A DNA stretch of 64,000 nucleotides. Source: Azolla caroliniana (Eukaryota > Plantae > Polypodiophyta). Positions within the stretch are counted from its first letter, which is position 1, and every line of letters starts with the position of its first letter. The DNA is taken from contig JBHGNT010000003.1 in assembly GCA_043228905.1 (NCBI GenBank), positions 21,824,001-21,888,000 on the forward strand, in the 5' to 3' direction. The notes under the pieces were generated by a model that saw nothing but the letters and a program-made list of their open reading frames with translations, had not been told where the DNA came from and did no database searches. Positions 39,001 to 49,810 of this stretch are shown here, piece after piece. A program made the position numbers and the translations under genes.

Positions 39001-42000
39001 CTTTCTATCAGAAGACATTAATATATCTTTTCTATCGAAGACGAGAAAACATTGTATGATGTAATCCCTTGTATGGTGGTCTTATAGGCCATTATGGCCT
39101 CTTAGGAGTCTCAACCAAGTCACTCAAAAGGGGTTACAACAAAATCAAGCAATAGCGATGTGCCATGCACATGGCCACAACCATTTCGACTATGGCCTCA
39201 TCACCCTTGATAACTAAGGTCATTATCTCTCCATGTTAAATTTCGGAAATTTTTTGAATACAAAAGTTTCAATGTATCCAAGTTTAAGATCTTAAGTTCT
39301 TAGTATACCAGCTCATTAGTACCCTGTGTTTAGCTATATTTATTTTGGTTTGTTGTTCTCAAAGACGAGAAAACATTGTAAGATGTACTCTCTTGTTTGG
39401 TCTTCTCTGCCATTTTGGCCTTCTAAAAGACATTAATATAACATTCATTTAGAGGTCAAATATTTTATTAGCCACAAACTAAACTGTGGTTATTTGATAC
39501 ACATGTCACACCAACTCTTCTCTATGGAGTAGAAACATGGGGACTGAGTCTTAACAAGGCAAATCATTGGAAAGATTTAGAGAGACCTTTAGTGTCAATG
39601 ATTGCTCGCATGATAAGGAGCAAAGCATCGGTGCCCCACGATATAATCCGAGCAGAGATGGGAGTTGCACCTATAATAACCGAGGCATTGTTCCGATCAG
39701 TGACATTTATCCAATGTCTTTGGGAGTTCCCTAAACGAAGGTACCCAAGGTTGGCACTTATGTCATCGAGACAACTGGCTGAAAATGGAGACACTCATTG
39801 TTGGTATGCCGAAATGCAACAATGGTTCGAGTCACATGGCATGAGTATAAATGCACTACCCCCATTCCAATATAGCTTGGACTGTCCCCATCTAAATATG
39901 ACCAAAGTGGAAAAGAATTGAGTGATCCGAACTGATATTATTAACTTGGAAACCAAGATAACATGGATCAGCCCCAAAATACCACTTGGTGCAAAGATGG
40001 CCCACTATAAGACACTTCTTACACGCATTGGAGGATGGATTCATCATCAGGCCACCTTATATGGACATACATCTATCCAATGCGCTGCATAGTGTGATAG
40101 GGCAGCTGGGAACTTCATCACATCAATTACAGATTGAGGTAGGCAGATATCCACGACTACCTCTAGAAGAGGGAATTTGCCAATTGTGTCATCAAGGAGT
40201 GGAATCTGAACACTATATTTGTCATTGTAGTGTCTTTTATAAAATCAAAGGGAGATACCATTACCTCTTTAAACAAGGCTTTGGCCCACTACGCAAGGTA
40301 ATGGAATATGAGGACCAACGATGCCTAGGACTTTTCTTGCTAGAGCTCAAGAGACATCGGGAAAAGTTGTTGAAGAATACAGCCACACAAGCTCATCCAC
40401 AAAGAGCAATCACAACTTTCTTTAGCCCCATCACTCCTAATGCTACAAGTCAATCACGGGATACACAAATGGGCTCCAAACCAGGACATAACAAAGGGGT
40501 TACAATTGATCGGGCAACAGCAATTTGCCGTGCACGTAGGCCCCGGCCCCATGGACCACAACCTCGACCTCGACGCCCTTGCCATCGACAAATAAAAGCC
40601 ATTATCTCCCGCCATCGTAGGTGCTTCCCTCGCTTCAGAGACATTTCCATTTTGGATCGACCTATGCTAGAGGTCTTTCGAAGACAAAATCTACAATATA
40701 TCTAACTTGAGAATCTCACATGTGCCAAAAACCAGATTCCCTCGTTTCTTTTCTTTTCATCTTATTTACTTTTATATTTACTGTGTAATATTTATTTTAT
40801 TTTTATTTGTTCTCAAAGACGAGACAACGCTTAAGATGTAATCTCCTATTTGGTCTTATAGGCCATTTTGGCCTCTTAAAAGACGTTAATATATCTTTCT
40901 TTCTTTCTTCTTTCTTTCTCTCTAAATTATGATAATATCACAACTCGTTTCATTCCTCTCTGAAATATGTTGTTTTGGTTTTGTGAGTCAATTTTGGCAT
41001 TTCTTCAAACGTCAATATGATATTTCATCTCTTTTCTCACAGTTGTATTTAAATAGTAAAGTTCACACAGCCACTCTAAACGTTGTAACTGCCTCTTCCT
41101 AATTAGTAGTAAACTCAACAGAGTTAATCCATTCCATTTAAATAGCTCATCACTACTAAATTCAACAAAATTATTCATTGATAATATTTACCATGAAATA
41201 AGTAAAATTGGGAGTAGGGCTATATGGCGTATTAACATTATTCATTCAAAATTATTCATAACATTAACCGTGAAATAAGTAATAACATGGGGGTAGGGCT
41301 ATATTTTCTAGATCACCTTGTGCATTACATCAAAGATTTCATATTTGGTTCCTATAGTTAGAAAGATCTCCCTTAAATATCAATTGCTACAAGTTAAATT
41401 TGATAAAACAAAACAATTTATGTAGAGGATAAAAATCTTACATAGCCCATAAATAGAATCAAGACCAGCCAGGTTTGCATAAGACATTGCCTGCTCAACA
41501 ACAAAAACAAACCATTGTGTAAGCGATGAAATAAAAACAATGATACTGAAAGAAAAACTAGGAAAGTACTTTAACTTTTATGCATCCAAGAAATTTGTGG
41601 CCTAAAAAACGTCATCACATCCAAGTTTCATATCTAACATTACAGTGAATAAAAGCAGTACTATAAAAAAATATTGTATATATAAAAGCAGATTAAAATA
41701 TGTCCATTAAAGGTTATAGCTTAATAATTCAGCACAATATTCATGGGTTATAGCTTAAGCCTCACATATGGTCTTCTTAAGCATCGATTAGTAGTTCCTT
41801 AGAATGTGCATGAATCTTTGATAGAAATGGGCTATGTTTGAATAATCTACCAGTTTATACATGAGCATTTTAATGCAATGTGGTAGAGAGAGGACGATGG
41901 TTGTATACCGACTGAAAACATTTCAAAGCATAATGTGGACACAAAATTATTTATGATACACAGCACATTGTAAGTATAAGCTCCATTCCTTAAGCTTATG

Positions 42001-42787
42001 TTGCCTAACAATTTGCCAGCATAAGTTCCCTGCTTAAGCTTATGAAATCTAACATAATAATGTAAAACATAAGCACCCTTATTCACCTCAACAAATCTAG
42101 CATATTCTGCACAGTCAAATCCATAAAAAAGGTGACACAATAAAGCTTCTTCTCAAAAACGTTGTACATGTTATAAACAAAGTCTTCCTTGCTTGACCAT
42201 ACAAAATTTAACATTTTGCAAATGTAAGGTTCCTTGGCTTAACCTTTCCATGTTTCATATGAAGTAAACATGCCTATAAATTTGCTTCTCAAATCCACAA
42301 ACGCAAAACCACAGACAAGAAATCTCTTTCCCAAATTCACAAATGCAACAGAAGTCCAATATTCAAATCGTCTTCTTTCTTCTCAAGCATATTACTTCAG
42401 GATGTGATGATGATGATGGTTGATGAAAATGTTAGTTAAAGTGACAGCATTTGAAATTTTTACCTGCGGTACAAGCATAGTGCCAACCGTGAGTCCGGCC
42501 ATGATATCGAGTTTGAGGTCAGACCTCCAGTCATAGATACGCATCCAGCGCACACAGGGGAGGAAGAATTGAATCCATTCAATCCACGAGGAAGGCCATC
42601 CTTGGGATAAGTCCCCCCATACCTCCTTGAATTTCCCTTTCGTGACTACATCCACAGGAGCATTACTACCAGGGTATTGCAAGGGTAGAACTGATCTCCT
42701 CGTCCCCATGGCTGCCGCTGTTGTTCTAGAAGAAGGCGGCCATTGCTGAATAGACTGGATATCTCTCACACTGTTGGAAGTATGCAT
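24149..42787 (-). CDS. SULTR4: SULTR4-type (vacuolar) sulfate transporter with STAS domain, 17 exons, ~686 aa
   Basis: Exons 42787-42464, 41490-41442, 35968-35749, 35672-35504, 35045-34980, 34886-34779, 33567-33460, 33247-33182, 31345-31285, 29513-29386, 29237-29196, 29106-28990, 27914-27863, 27156-27018, 26076-26006, 24569-24493, 24412-24149. All GT-AG, total 2061 nt in frame. Motifs MLVPQAMSYA, GSSRQLAVGPVAL, RLGWLIRFISH, GSFSRSAVN, RIDAPMYFAN, IDSSAV, WFFVRMHDAV. Confidence 0.95.
36045..37200 (+). mobile_element. Degenerate non-LTR retrotransposon (RT region, RTEX-like) in SULTR4 intron 2; its 3' part appears to resume at ~38290-39020
   Basis: FPTNWTEHTTVAILKNGDP..RSYMTIMIG..LAKQYGSILESELSVWAE, and an LLYVDD-like motif near 36635-36655. 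Preceded by (CT)~29 at ~35987-36044. Segment 38350-39010 is homologous to 40250-40900. Confidence 0.78.
37640..38168. mobile_element. AT-rich MITE-like element with AACCG/GGTTT subterminal repeats (hAT-like)
   Basis: Clusters of gaaccgaaccaaacc and ggtttggttt at both ends around an AT core; right end aaccgaaccgaacccatacccag. TSD not resolved. Confidence 0.5.
39450..40915 (+). mobile_element. Second, better-preserved 5'-truncated LINE copy (RTEX-like ORF2 C-terminus) ending in a (CTTT)n tail
   Basis: TPTLLYGVETWG...SVPHDIIRAEMGVAPI...QLGTSSHQLQIEVGRYPRLPLEEGICQLCHQGVESEHYICHC (H-L-IE-GR plus CxxC...HxxxxC). 3' end ctttctttctttcttc. A further 3' fragment lies at ~39020-39450. Confidence 0.8.
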
Positions 42788-42835
42788 TTCTTCGTGTCCT
42801 TTAGGAACCTCGGTCTAGGGATGGAGGATTGGAGG

Positions 42836-42892
42836 ATGGAAGATGGAAGATGGAAGATGGAAGATGGAAGATGGGAGATGGGAGATGGGATA
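42836..42892. repeat. Heptamer repeat (GATGGAA/GATGGGA)n in the SULTR4 5' leader
   Basis: Direct reading, about 8 units. Confidence 0.85.
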
Positions 42893-43064
42893 GGGATGTG
42901 GTAATGATTGGGATGGGGGAAAGGGATGGTTTATTTGAGCTTGGATAAGCCCTGCAGATGCTGCATCAGGCAAGCTGAGGAGGAGCTGTGTCTGAGAGGC
43001 TCAGCATGAGGGGATGGGGTGGATTGTGTAGGGTTCTTATGCGATGGATGAATTTGAGGCAGAT

Positions 43065-43169
43065 TCATGAACCTACGCTGAATGCTGACAGATGAGGAGT
43101 GATGATGGGGATGGTCCGGTCCCCCCTGCTACTGGCACTGCAGCAACACCAGGAGCACGCTCGTTCCAT
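43065..43169 (-). promoter_or_regulatory. Candidate Cys-rich uORF (34 aa, MERACSWCCCSASSRGDRTIPIITPHLSAFSVGS) upstream of SULTR4
   Basis: ATG in strong context (GTCATGG). Its stop overlaps (ATGA) a second 45-aa uORF at 43068-42931. TSS unknown. Confidence 0.4.
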
Positions 43170-43308
43170 GACCTCCCCCTCTCGCTCTCTCTCTCTCTCT
43201 CTCTCAAATCTGTATCATGTATGACTATTGGTTCGGTTTGGTTCGGTTCGGTTCGGTTTAGGGAATAACGAGAAGAAGAGAAAGATAGAGGTTATTGCCT
43301 GAGTGAGT

Positions 43309-43370
43309 CTTCTTCTTCTTCTTCTTCTTCTTCTTCTTCTTCTTCTTCTTCTTCTTCTTCTTCTTCTTCT
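43309..43370. repeat. (TCT)~20 microsatellite upstream of SULTR4
   Basis: Direct reading; source of poly-L/E/R pseudo-ORFs. Confidence 0.92.
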
Positions 43371-46300
43371 GCGTCTTTGTCTTCTTTCATTTTCGAGAGT
43401 CCCCCTGATGAGCGAGCAAACGAAAGCCGCGTTGTGTGATCTAGCGTCGTTCCAACCCCCATGGGTGGGGCCACCAGGCCTTTTTAGAGACACACACATG
43501 AGCAAAGCTACAATGACACAACTGTGCTTGTCTTGTCTTCGTAGGTGCCACTTTGCCCTTTTCTCAAGAGGTACGTTAATGCACTTTCTTCTTCTATCTC
43601 GTCTTTTGCCTAAGCTTATACCCAGATTCCAAGTCGTGTGTGTGTGTGTGTGTATAGAATCTTTCATGGCTAGAAAAGCCTCTCTCTCTTCCTTTTTCTT
43701 TCTGAGCATGAAATATCTTCTCTTCCTCTAGGTACTTTAGGTTCGTGTTCGTATTACCAATAATGCCTTTATTACTTTATTCGAGCGTTGTCATTTCTTG
43801 GTCGCGACAAAGAAACAATTGTAAATTTAGATATGGAGTACATAATTAATATACGTATTGGGAAGCAAGCATGCTCGATCGAGGAGAAGTGCCCCAATAA
43901 CTCAAATGGCCCTCTATAAAAAGAAAAGAAAATAGGATGTATAATATATATATATATGGCCATTCACTTGTTGAAATAGCATATACAGGTACTCATGATT
44001 GGGTTAAGGAGCATTTAGGAAATAAAAGAATGCGTTGAAGTTATTTCAAAGCTTTTCTCTAAAACATTTTTTAGTGTCCAGATTCAAATTCTAAACCAAA
44101 TGATATGACTTCATGGAAATAAATAGCATTGACCATACTACCAAGCCAAAACTTTGCAATTGATTAAATTCACACTTCATACTTGCCATCACAACCTAAT
44201 CATGTGTCATCTCTCTCTTCAAATACACAAGAATTGTTGCAAGAAAGAAGCATATGATGGTTTAAAACAAGGTGTGGTGTAGGTGCATGCCAAGCCTTGT
44301 CCTCCCAACAATAGGACATATATTATAGCCTCCATGTAAAAGGCTACTTTGCAAAATTGCATGTCCACTCATATCCCACAACGTTATGGTTGTGTTTCCA
44401 AACCCCATACTTGGAGGCATCTTAAAATGGTCCCACGACAGTTTGGGTCACTCTAGGAAAACATTGTAATACGTAAGTTTTGTTAATAACTAATGTACTT
44501 GCAGTTGACTTCTACTAAATGTGATATTTATCAATGGAAGTATGGTGATTTCGTGTTATAATTTTTTCATCAATTAGTTGATTAAAGTGTTCATCAATCC
44601 CGTTCCTTTAATTAAACGGATGTAATGATGATTTCTTATTGTGAATTTGTCATTTGAACTAGTTAATTAGCGTATTTGTTAAGTATGATAGGTTAAGTCT
44701 CCCATTCTTAACAAATTGGGCAAAAAAATAAGAAATCATGGTAGTCTTATTTATTATATCGCTACGTATCTTATAACAAAACATCCAAGCATGAGTTTTC
44801 CATTGTATACTCATTTATCTCGATTATAACTAGATCCAAGTCAAAGTTTGAACAGGGTGAGATATCAATGCTTATGTTATGCCCTTAGCTTATGGGGGTC
44901 TCCAAACAACAAGAAAACACGGTTGGGACACCAATTAGGACACAAATCATGGCTATATCTTGTTATGAATACACGAGCTTACAACCTTCCCAAATCGGGA
45001 CAAACCACTCAGAGTTGGGACAAGTCGAGACGAGTTGGGACAACTCCCCAAAACCACCAACAGGAGTAGATAGCAAAATGATTACACGATCTTTAGAGCC
45101 AAGATGAGAATGAGAGAGTGTGAGAGCATGTATCTCAGAAAATGGTGCTATGGGAATGGTTACAAACAAGGAAGAATTCTCCTTGTATATGCCAAATATG
45201 GCCGTTGGGACTAGGTTTTCCCAACCCAAAGTGGCGTCTTCTTTGGCACTGGGACTGGTCCTCTTGGTGAGCCCCAACTCAGATTGGGACAACTTAGGGA
45301 CACCACACCTTATTTGGTAACCGAAATGACAACTACCTTGCTCCAATATTTGGCCATGCAATATTAGCACATGCCTTTCAATGCAACCATGACAATAAGA
45401 ATTTTACATCACTTCATGCAAAACAATTTGAACTTTACTAAGTTTTTTGAATGTTGAACACAAAAAGCGTAAAGACTACAATCATCAATGTTGATACTCT
45501 ATTGTTGAACTATAAAAGTTGAACCAATGTAACTATGTTTATAGCATACATTGCATTCTAAATATATGAATTTCACTAACCCTTGAACTTATGACTTCAA
45601 ATAGTTAAAAGAGTGACACTTCACCACAACCAATGACCATCCAAAGCCCACTTGTCACTAATACAAAAGATTTTCTTCTCATCTTCTTCTTAATTTCCCA
45701 ATTCATCATTGTTTCGGGGCTTTGGCTATGATAGTGCTCGAGTTAAAATGGACATTTACATGTTGTAAAAGCCTTAATCGAGTTTCTGCAAAGGGGTCAA
45801 CACAACTCCTACCTTAGATTGATGACTTCCAATAGTTAATATCAAGTCCCAAGGGGTCTCCTTCCTCAAGATGACCATATGAGTTATGGTGGCATCACTC
45901 ACCAATTACAAATAATGCATCATTATTCAACAGATAAAAGCACTAACCTCTCCACTCATGTGAACATGGAAACCTTGAGGGCTCCTAAGGTTAAAGAAGT
46001 ATATTTGTCTCGATTAATAAAATAATTACTATTTAAGAAACATACAAGTCATCTCAATAAAATAAGTAGTTGCTACGTAAAAAAATATATTTAATGTTTT
46101 GGAAAAGTTACATGGAGGATTGTGACTTTTAGTGCATGGAATGGGGCAAGAATGACAACCAAAAGGTAGCCCAAACGTCGATAAATCCAAATGCCCCTTT
46201 TATATGAGAGCTTTTGCTCTTTTATATAAGGTTGAACAAGTCCCTTTCACATTATGAGACCATTGGGCATTAGCCATTGCCACCTAATAAAGGTTGAACA

Positions 46301-46979
46301 AGACCCTTTCACATTATGAGACCATTGGGCGTTCTCTGTGCATGAGGAAGTGACTTCCATGAAAGCTTCCCATTCAATTCTAGTGTTGTATCATATTGAA
46401 ACATTGTCTTTTGTCTTAACATATCCTCAACCATGTTGGCATACATACATGATGCTCTTTTTTAAATCAAATCATTCACAAATATGGTTACATATCTTGC
46501 ATTATCGTTTAACTTTCATATACTCTCAAATTCCTTCCATACATTTAAGACCATATAATACATATAATGTCAATGACATTATTCTCATTGCATTTTCGAC
46601 ATCTAAAATCACCGACATCATTATGTAAAGATATACCAATTTGCACACGAGAGAGATTTGATCAAGGTAAAGGCGAGACTTATATGAGTTTACGAATAAA
46701 CACATATCCCTCACTTTTTTGAATCCCTTGTCTCTTGCAAAGAGAACTAAAAAACTACTTGGATCTAACAAAGTTGGAACAGGGGATCTTAATTCAGCAC
46801 ATCCATTGGTTTAAATCAAGCTTTTGGAGGCCCTGCTTTCCCCCCTTATATTGAATCCATGAAGTGCATATATGCTCCAGTAAATAATCAAAGTTTTTGG
46901 AGGCCATGGATTTCCACTTACTGCCAATCCCTGAAGAACTCATGTTCAGCAAGTAACTGTTAATGCAGATCTTCTATGT

Positions 46980-49553
46980 ATGTTTCATGTTCATCCTGCC
47001 AGATTACTGAACAGGAGGAAATTCTCTTCTCGGGGACACAATCAAAAGGACCGTCATCATGCCTATTGTGATGGGCATCTTGAAACTGACAAAGCTTTCC
47101 ATCGGTTCAGACAAATGCAAGAAGAAGGGATTTTGCCCAATAGTGTTGCTTTATGCAAGCTTCTCTCTGTTTGTTCTGCGAATGCAAATTTGTTTTCTTT
47201 TGACAGAGAAAAGAAGGAAATTCTCGCTCAAGTCTTGAGTAGTGGGCGAGAAACAGAGGTCGTTTTAGCTACTTCTATTCTCAACCTATATGGAAAAAGT
47301 GGAGACATCGACAAAGCAAGATGGTTCTTTCATCATAACATGCCCAAGAAGGATACTATTGCATATAATGCAATGATTGCTTCCTGTGTAAAGCATGGAT
47401 TTAGTGAAGATGCAATACAACTTTTTGATGATATGCCAATTGAGGGAATCATTGCTGATCGAGCCACATTTGTTAGTATATTATCTGCATTTTCTAGTGA
47501 AATGGAACTTGACAAAGGAAAATCAATACATTCCCACATAGTAAAGGTTGGATTAGATTCTGATACTTTTATTGGAACAACCCTCATTCGAATGTATAGC
47601 GAAGGCAACCTTCTTTTAGATGCAATGGATGTCTTCATCAGATTGCCAAAACATAATCCGATAATATGTCTTTGTTTTCTCTCTGCATGTGCTAGCCATA
47701 GAGCATTGTCTCATGGCATGTTACTACATACTTATATGATAGAATTGGGTTATGTTCTCAATGTCATCATGGTAACTGCCATTCTAACTATGTATGGAAG
47801 ATGTGGTAGCTTGGAAGATGCATTCATGATGTTTGAGAGAGCTCCCAATCTAAACCTAGTTTCTTGGAATGCAATGATAGCCACTTTTGCTCAATGTGGA
47901 AAATCTGCTCATTCAATATCTTTATGGGAGAAGATGATGTGTGAAGGGTTTACTCCCGATAAGGTAACATTTGTGTGTCTTATCGATGCATGTGCAAAGC
48001 AGATGGCCTTAATTGAAGGTATACGATTGCATGCTTGTGTGCATGTTCTTCAATATGACCGTGATATTGTTATAGGGACTGCCCTTGTGAGCATGTACGG
48101 TAAATGTAAGAGCTTAGAAGAGGCATATAAAGGATTTAACATGATTCATCAATCAGATTTGACTTCGTGGAATGCCTTGCTTTCAGGTGTATGCCAGCAT
48201 GGTAAAAGAAAGAGTGCGTTCAGAATTTACATGCAAATGTTGCAAGAAGGGGTTATGCAAGATAAAGTTAGTCTTGTCAACTTGCTTAGTATATGTGCTA
48301 TAGAGGGAGGTCTAGGAAATGGAAAAATGGTTCATGCTCAAATTATGTGCTCTGAACTTACCGATGGTTATAATAGTACCATGGGAAATGCCCTTGTAAA
48401 TATGTATGGTAAATGTGGCATTTTGGAGGAGGCACTATACACATTTGAGAGGTTAGTAAAGAAGGATAAAGTGGCTTACATTGCTGTTCTTTCAGCCTGT
48501 GCTTGTAAGGCTGCATTAGTAGAAGGAAAGCAAATCCACGCTTATATAATCGAAGAGACACAACTTGTATCAGATATTTCCATAGGAAATGCCATCTTAA
48601 GCATGTATGGAAAATGTGGTAGCTTAGACTATGCATACCAAGTTTTCAATAAAATGCATGACAAGGATGTTGTCACATGGACAACAATGATCTCAATGCA
48701 TGCGCAAAATGGGCATGGGAAATACGCTCTTGAGATTTTTGAAGAAATGAGACGAAATGGGATCGAACCTAACTCTGTGACTTTTCTGACTGTTCTTTCG
48801 GCTTGTAGCCACACAGGTTTAGTGGAAGAAGCTTGTGAGAAATTTACCATGATGTCGGATATCTATGGTATTACACCCAATATAGATCATATCAATTGTA
48901 TGATAGATATACTAGGAAGGGCAGGAAGATTAGATGAGGCAGAGAATATGATGATAAAATCTCAACCAAGTGCAGTATCGTGGATGACTCTCCTTAGTGC
49001 GTGTAGGCATCAATCAGATGTTAGAAGGGCTGAACGGGCTGCAATGAGAGTATTTGATTTAGACCCACAAAATGCTGCCCCATATGTTATGTTATCTAAT
49101 GTATATACTGATGTGGGTAGAGATGATGATGCAATACAAGTCATGAAGAGAATGAAGGATAAGGGTTTAAAGAAGGAACCTGGATGTAGCTCAATTGTGA
49201 TCCATGGGAAAGTGCACAATTTTCTTGCTAATGACCATATCCATGCCCAAAAGCAGAGTATATACAAAGAGTTGCAAAGGTTAAGGCAGCTTGTTGAAAA
49301 TAGTGATAACGTGAGTGATGTCCTTCCTTCTCAATGGTATCATAGCGAGAGATTGGCCGTTGCTTTTGGGCTCATCAGTTGTCCTGGTGAAGGAACACCC
49401 TTAATTATCACTAAGAACCTTCGCATTTGTCCTGATTGTCACACAACATTTAAGTTCATCTCTAAGATTATGAGAAGGAAAATCAGTGTGCGAGATGTGA
49501 TCCGATTCCATCACTTTGAAGAGGGAATTTGTTCTTGTTCAGATTTTTGGTGA
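46980..49553 (+). CDS. Intronless PLS-class PPR protein with E1/E2 and DYW deaminase domain (ends DFW); organellar RNA-editing factor, 857 aa
   Basis: Repeated ALVSMYGKCGSLEEA and VSWNAMIA motifs; E domain (WMTLLSACR...YVMLSNVY); KKEPGCS; HSERLAVAFG; KNLRICPDCH; RFHHFEEGICSCSDFW. Confidence 0.95.
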   Translation: MFHVHPARLLNRRKFSSRGHNQKDRHHAYCDGHLETDKAFHRFRQMQEEGILPNSVALCKLLSVCSANANLFSFDREKKEILAQVLSSGRETEVVLATSILNLYGKSGDIDKARWFFHHNMPKKDTIAYNAMIASCVKHGFSEDAIQLFDDMPIEGIIADRATFVSILSAFSSEMELDKGKSIHSHIVKVGLDSDTFIGTTLIRMYSEGNLLLDAMDVFIRLPKHNPIICLCFLSACASHRALSHGMLLHTYMIELGYVLNVIMVTAILTMYGRCGSLEDAFMMFERAPNLNLVSWNAMIATFAQCGKSAHSISLWEKMMCEGFTPDKVTFVCLIDACAKQMALIEGIRLHACVHVLQYDRDIVIGTALVSMYGKCKSLEEAYKGFNMIHQSDLTSWNALLSGVCQHGKRKSAFRIYMQMLQEGVMQDKVSLVNLLSICAIEGGLGNGKMVHAQIMCSELTDGYNSTMGNALVNMYGKCGILEEALYTFERLVKKDKVAYIAVLSACACKAALVEGKQIHAYIIEETQLVSDISIGNAILSMYGKCGSLDYAYQVFNKMHDKDVVTWTTMISMHAQNGHGKYALEIFEEMRRNGIEPNSVTFLTVLSACSHTGLVEEACEKFTMMSDIYGITPNIDHINCMIDILGRAGRLDEAENMMIKSQPSAVSWMTLLSACRHQSDVRRAERAAMRVFDLDPQNAAPYVMLSNVYTDVGRDDDAIQVMKRMKDKGLKKEPGCSSIVIHGKVHNFLANDHIHAQKQSIYKELQRLRQLVENSDNVSDVLPSQWYHSERLAVAFGLISCPGEGTPLIITKNLRICPDCHTTFKFISKIMRRKISVRDVIRFHHFEEGICSCSDFW

Positions 49554-49658
49554 AAGACCCATACGGCAAAACTCATTAGACATCGATTCATTTTCATCTA
49601 TTGATACTTGTAAACGTATATCAATGCATTCTTCTGTATCAATACATGTAAATATAAT

Positions 49659-49810
49659 TTCATCTCTAAGATTAAGAGAAGGAAAATCAGCGTGCAAGAT
49701 GTGATCCGATTCCGTCACTTTGAAGAATGAACTTGTTCTTGTTCAGATTTTTGGTGAAATACCCATATTGCAAAATTCATTAGACATTGATTCATTTTCA
49801 ACTATTGATT
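49659..49810 (+). pseudogene. Tandem duplicate (period ~204 bp) of the last ~32 codons and 3' flank of the DYW gene, with an internal stop
   Basis: 49659 onwards repeats 49455 onwards (FISKI.RRKISV.DVIRF.HFEE*.CSCSDFW). Confidence 0.88.

Noticed and set aside
43215-43731. Poly-R/L/E ORFs (also 553-932, 2789-3126 and 54405-55159)
   Set aside because: Translations of microsatellites.
44850-45345. Possible solo LTR
   Set aside because: LTR-like composition, but termini and TSD could not be defined by eye.
46980-49553. U-to-C editing (DYW:KP) factor
   Set aside because: It has a PG-type box, HSE and a DFW terminus rather than the KP/HAE/GRP-type signatures.
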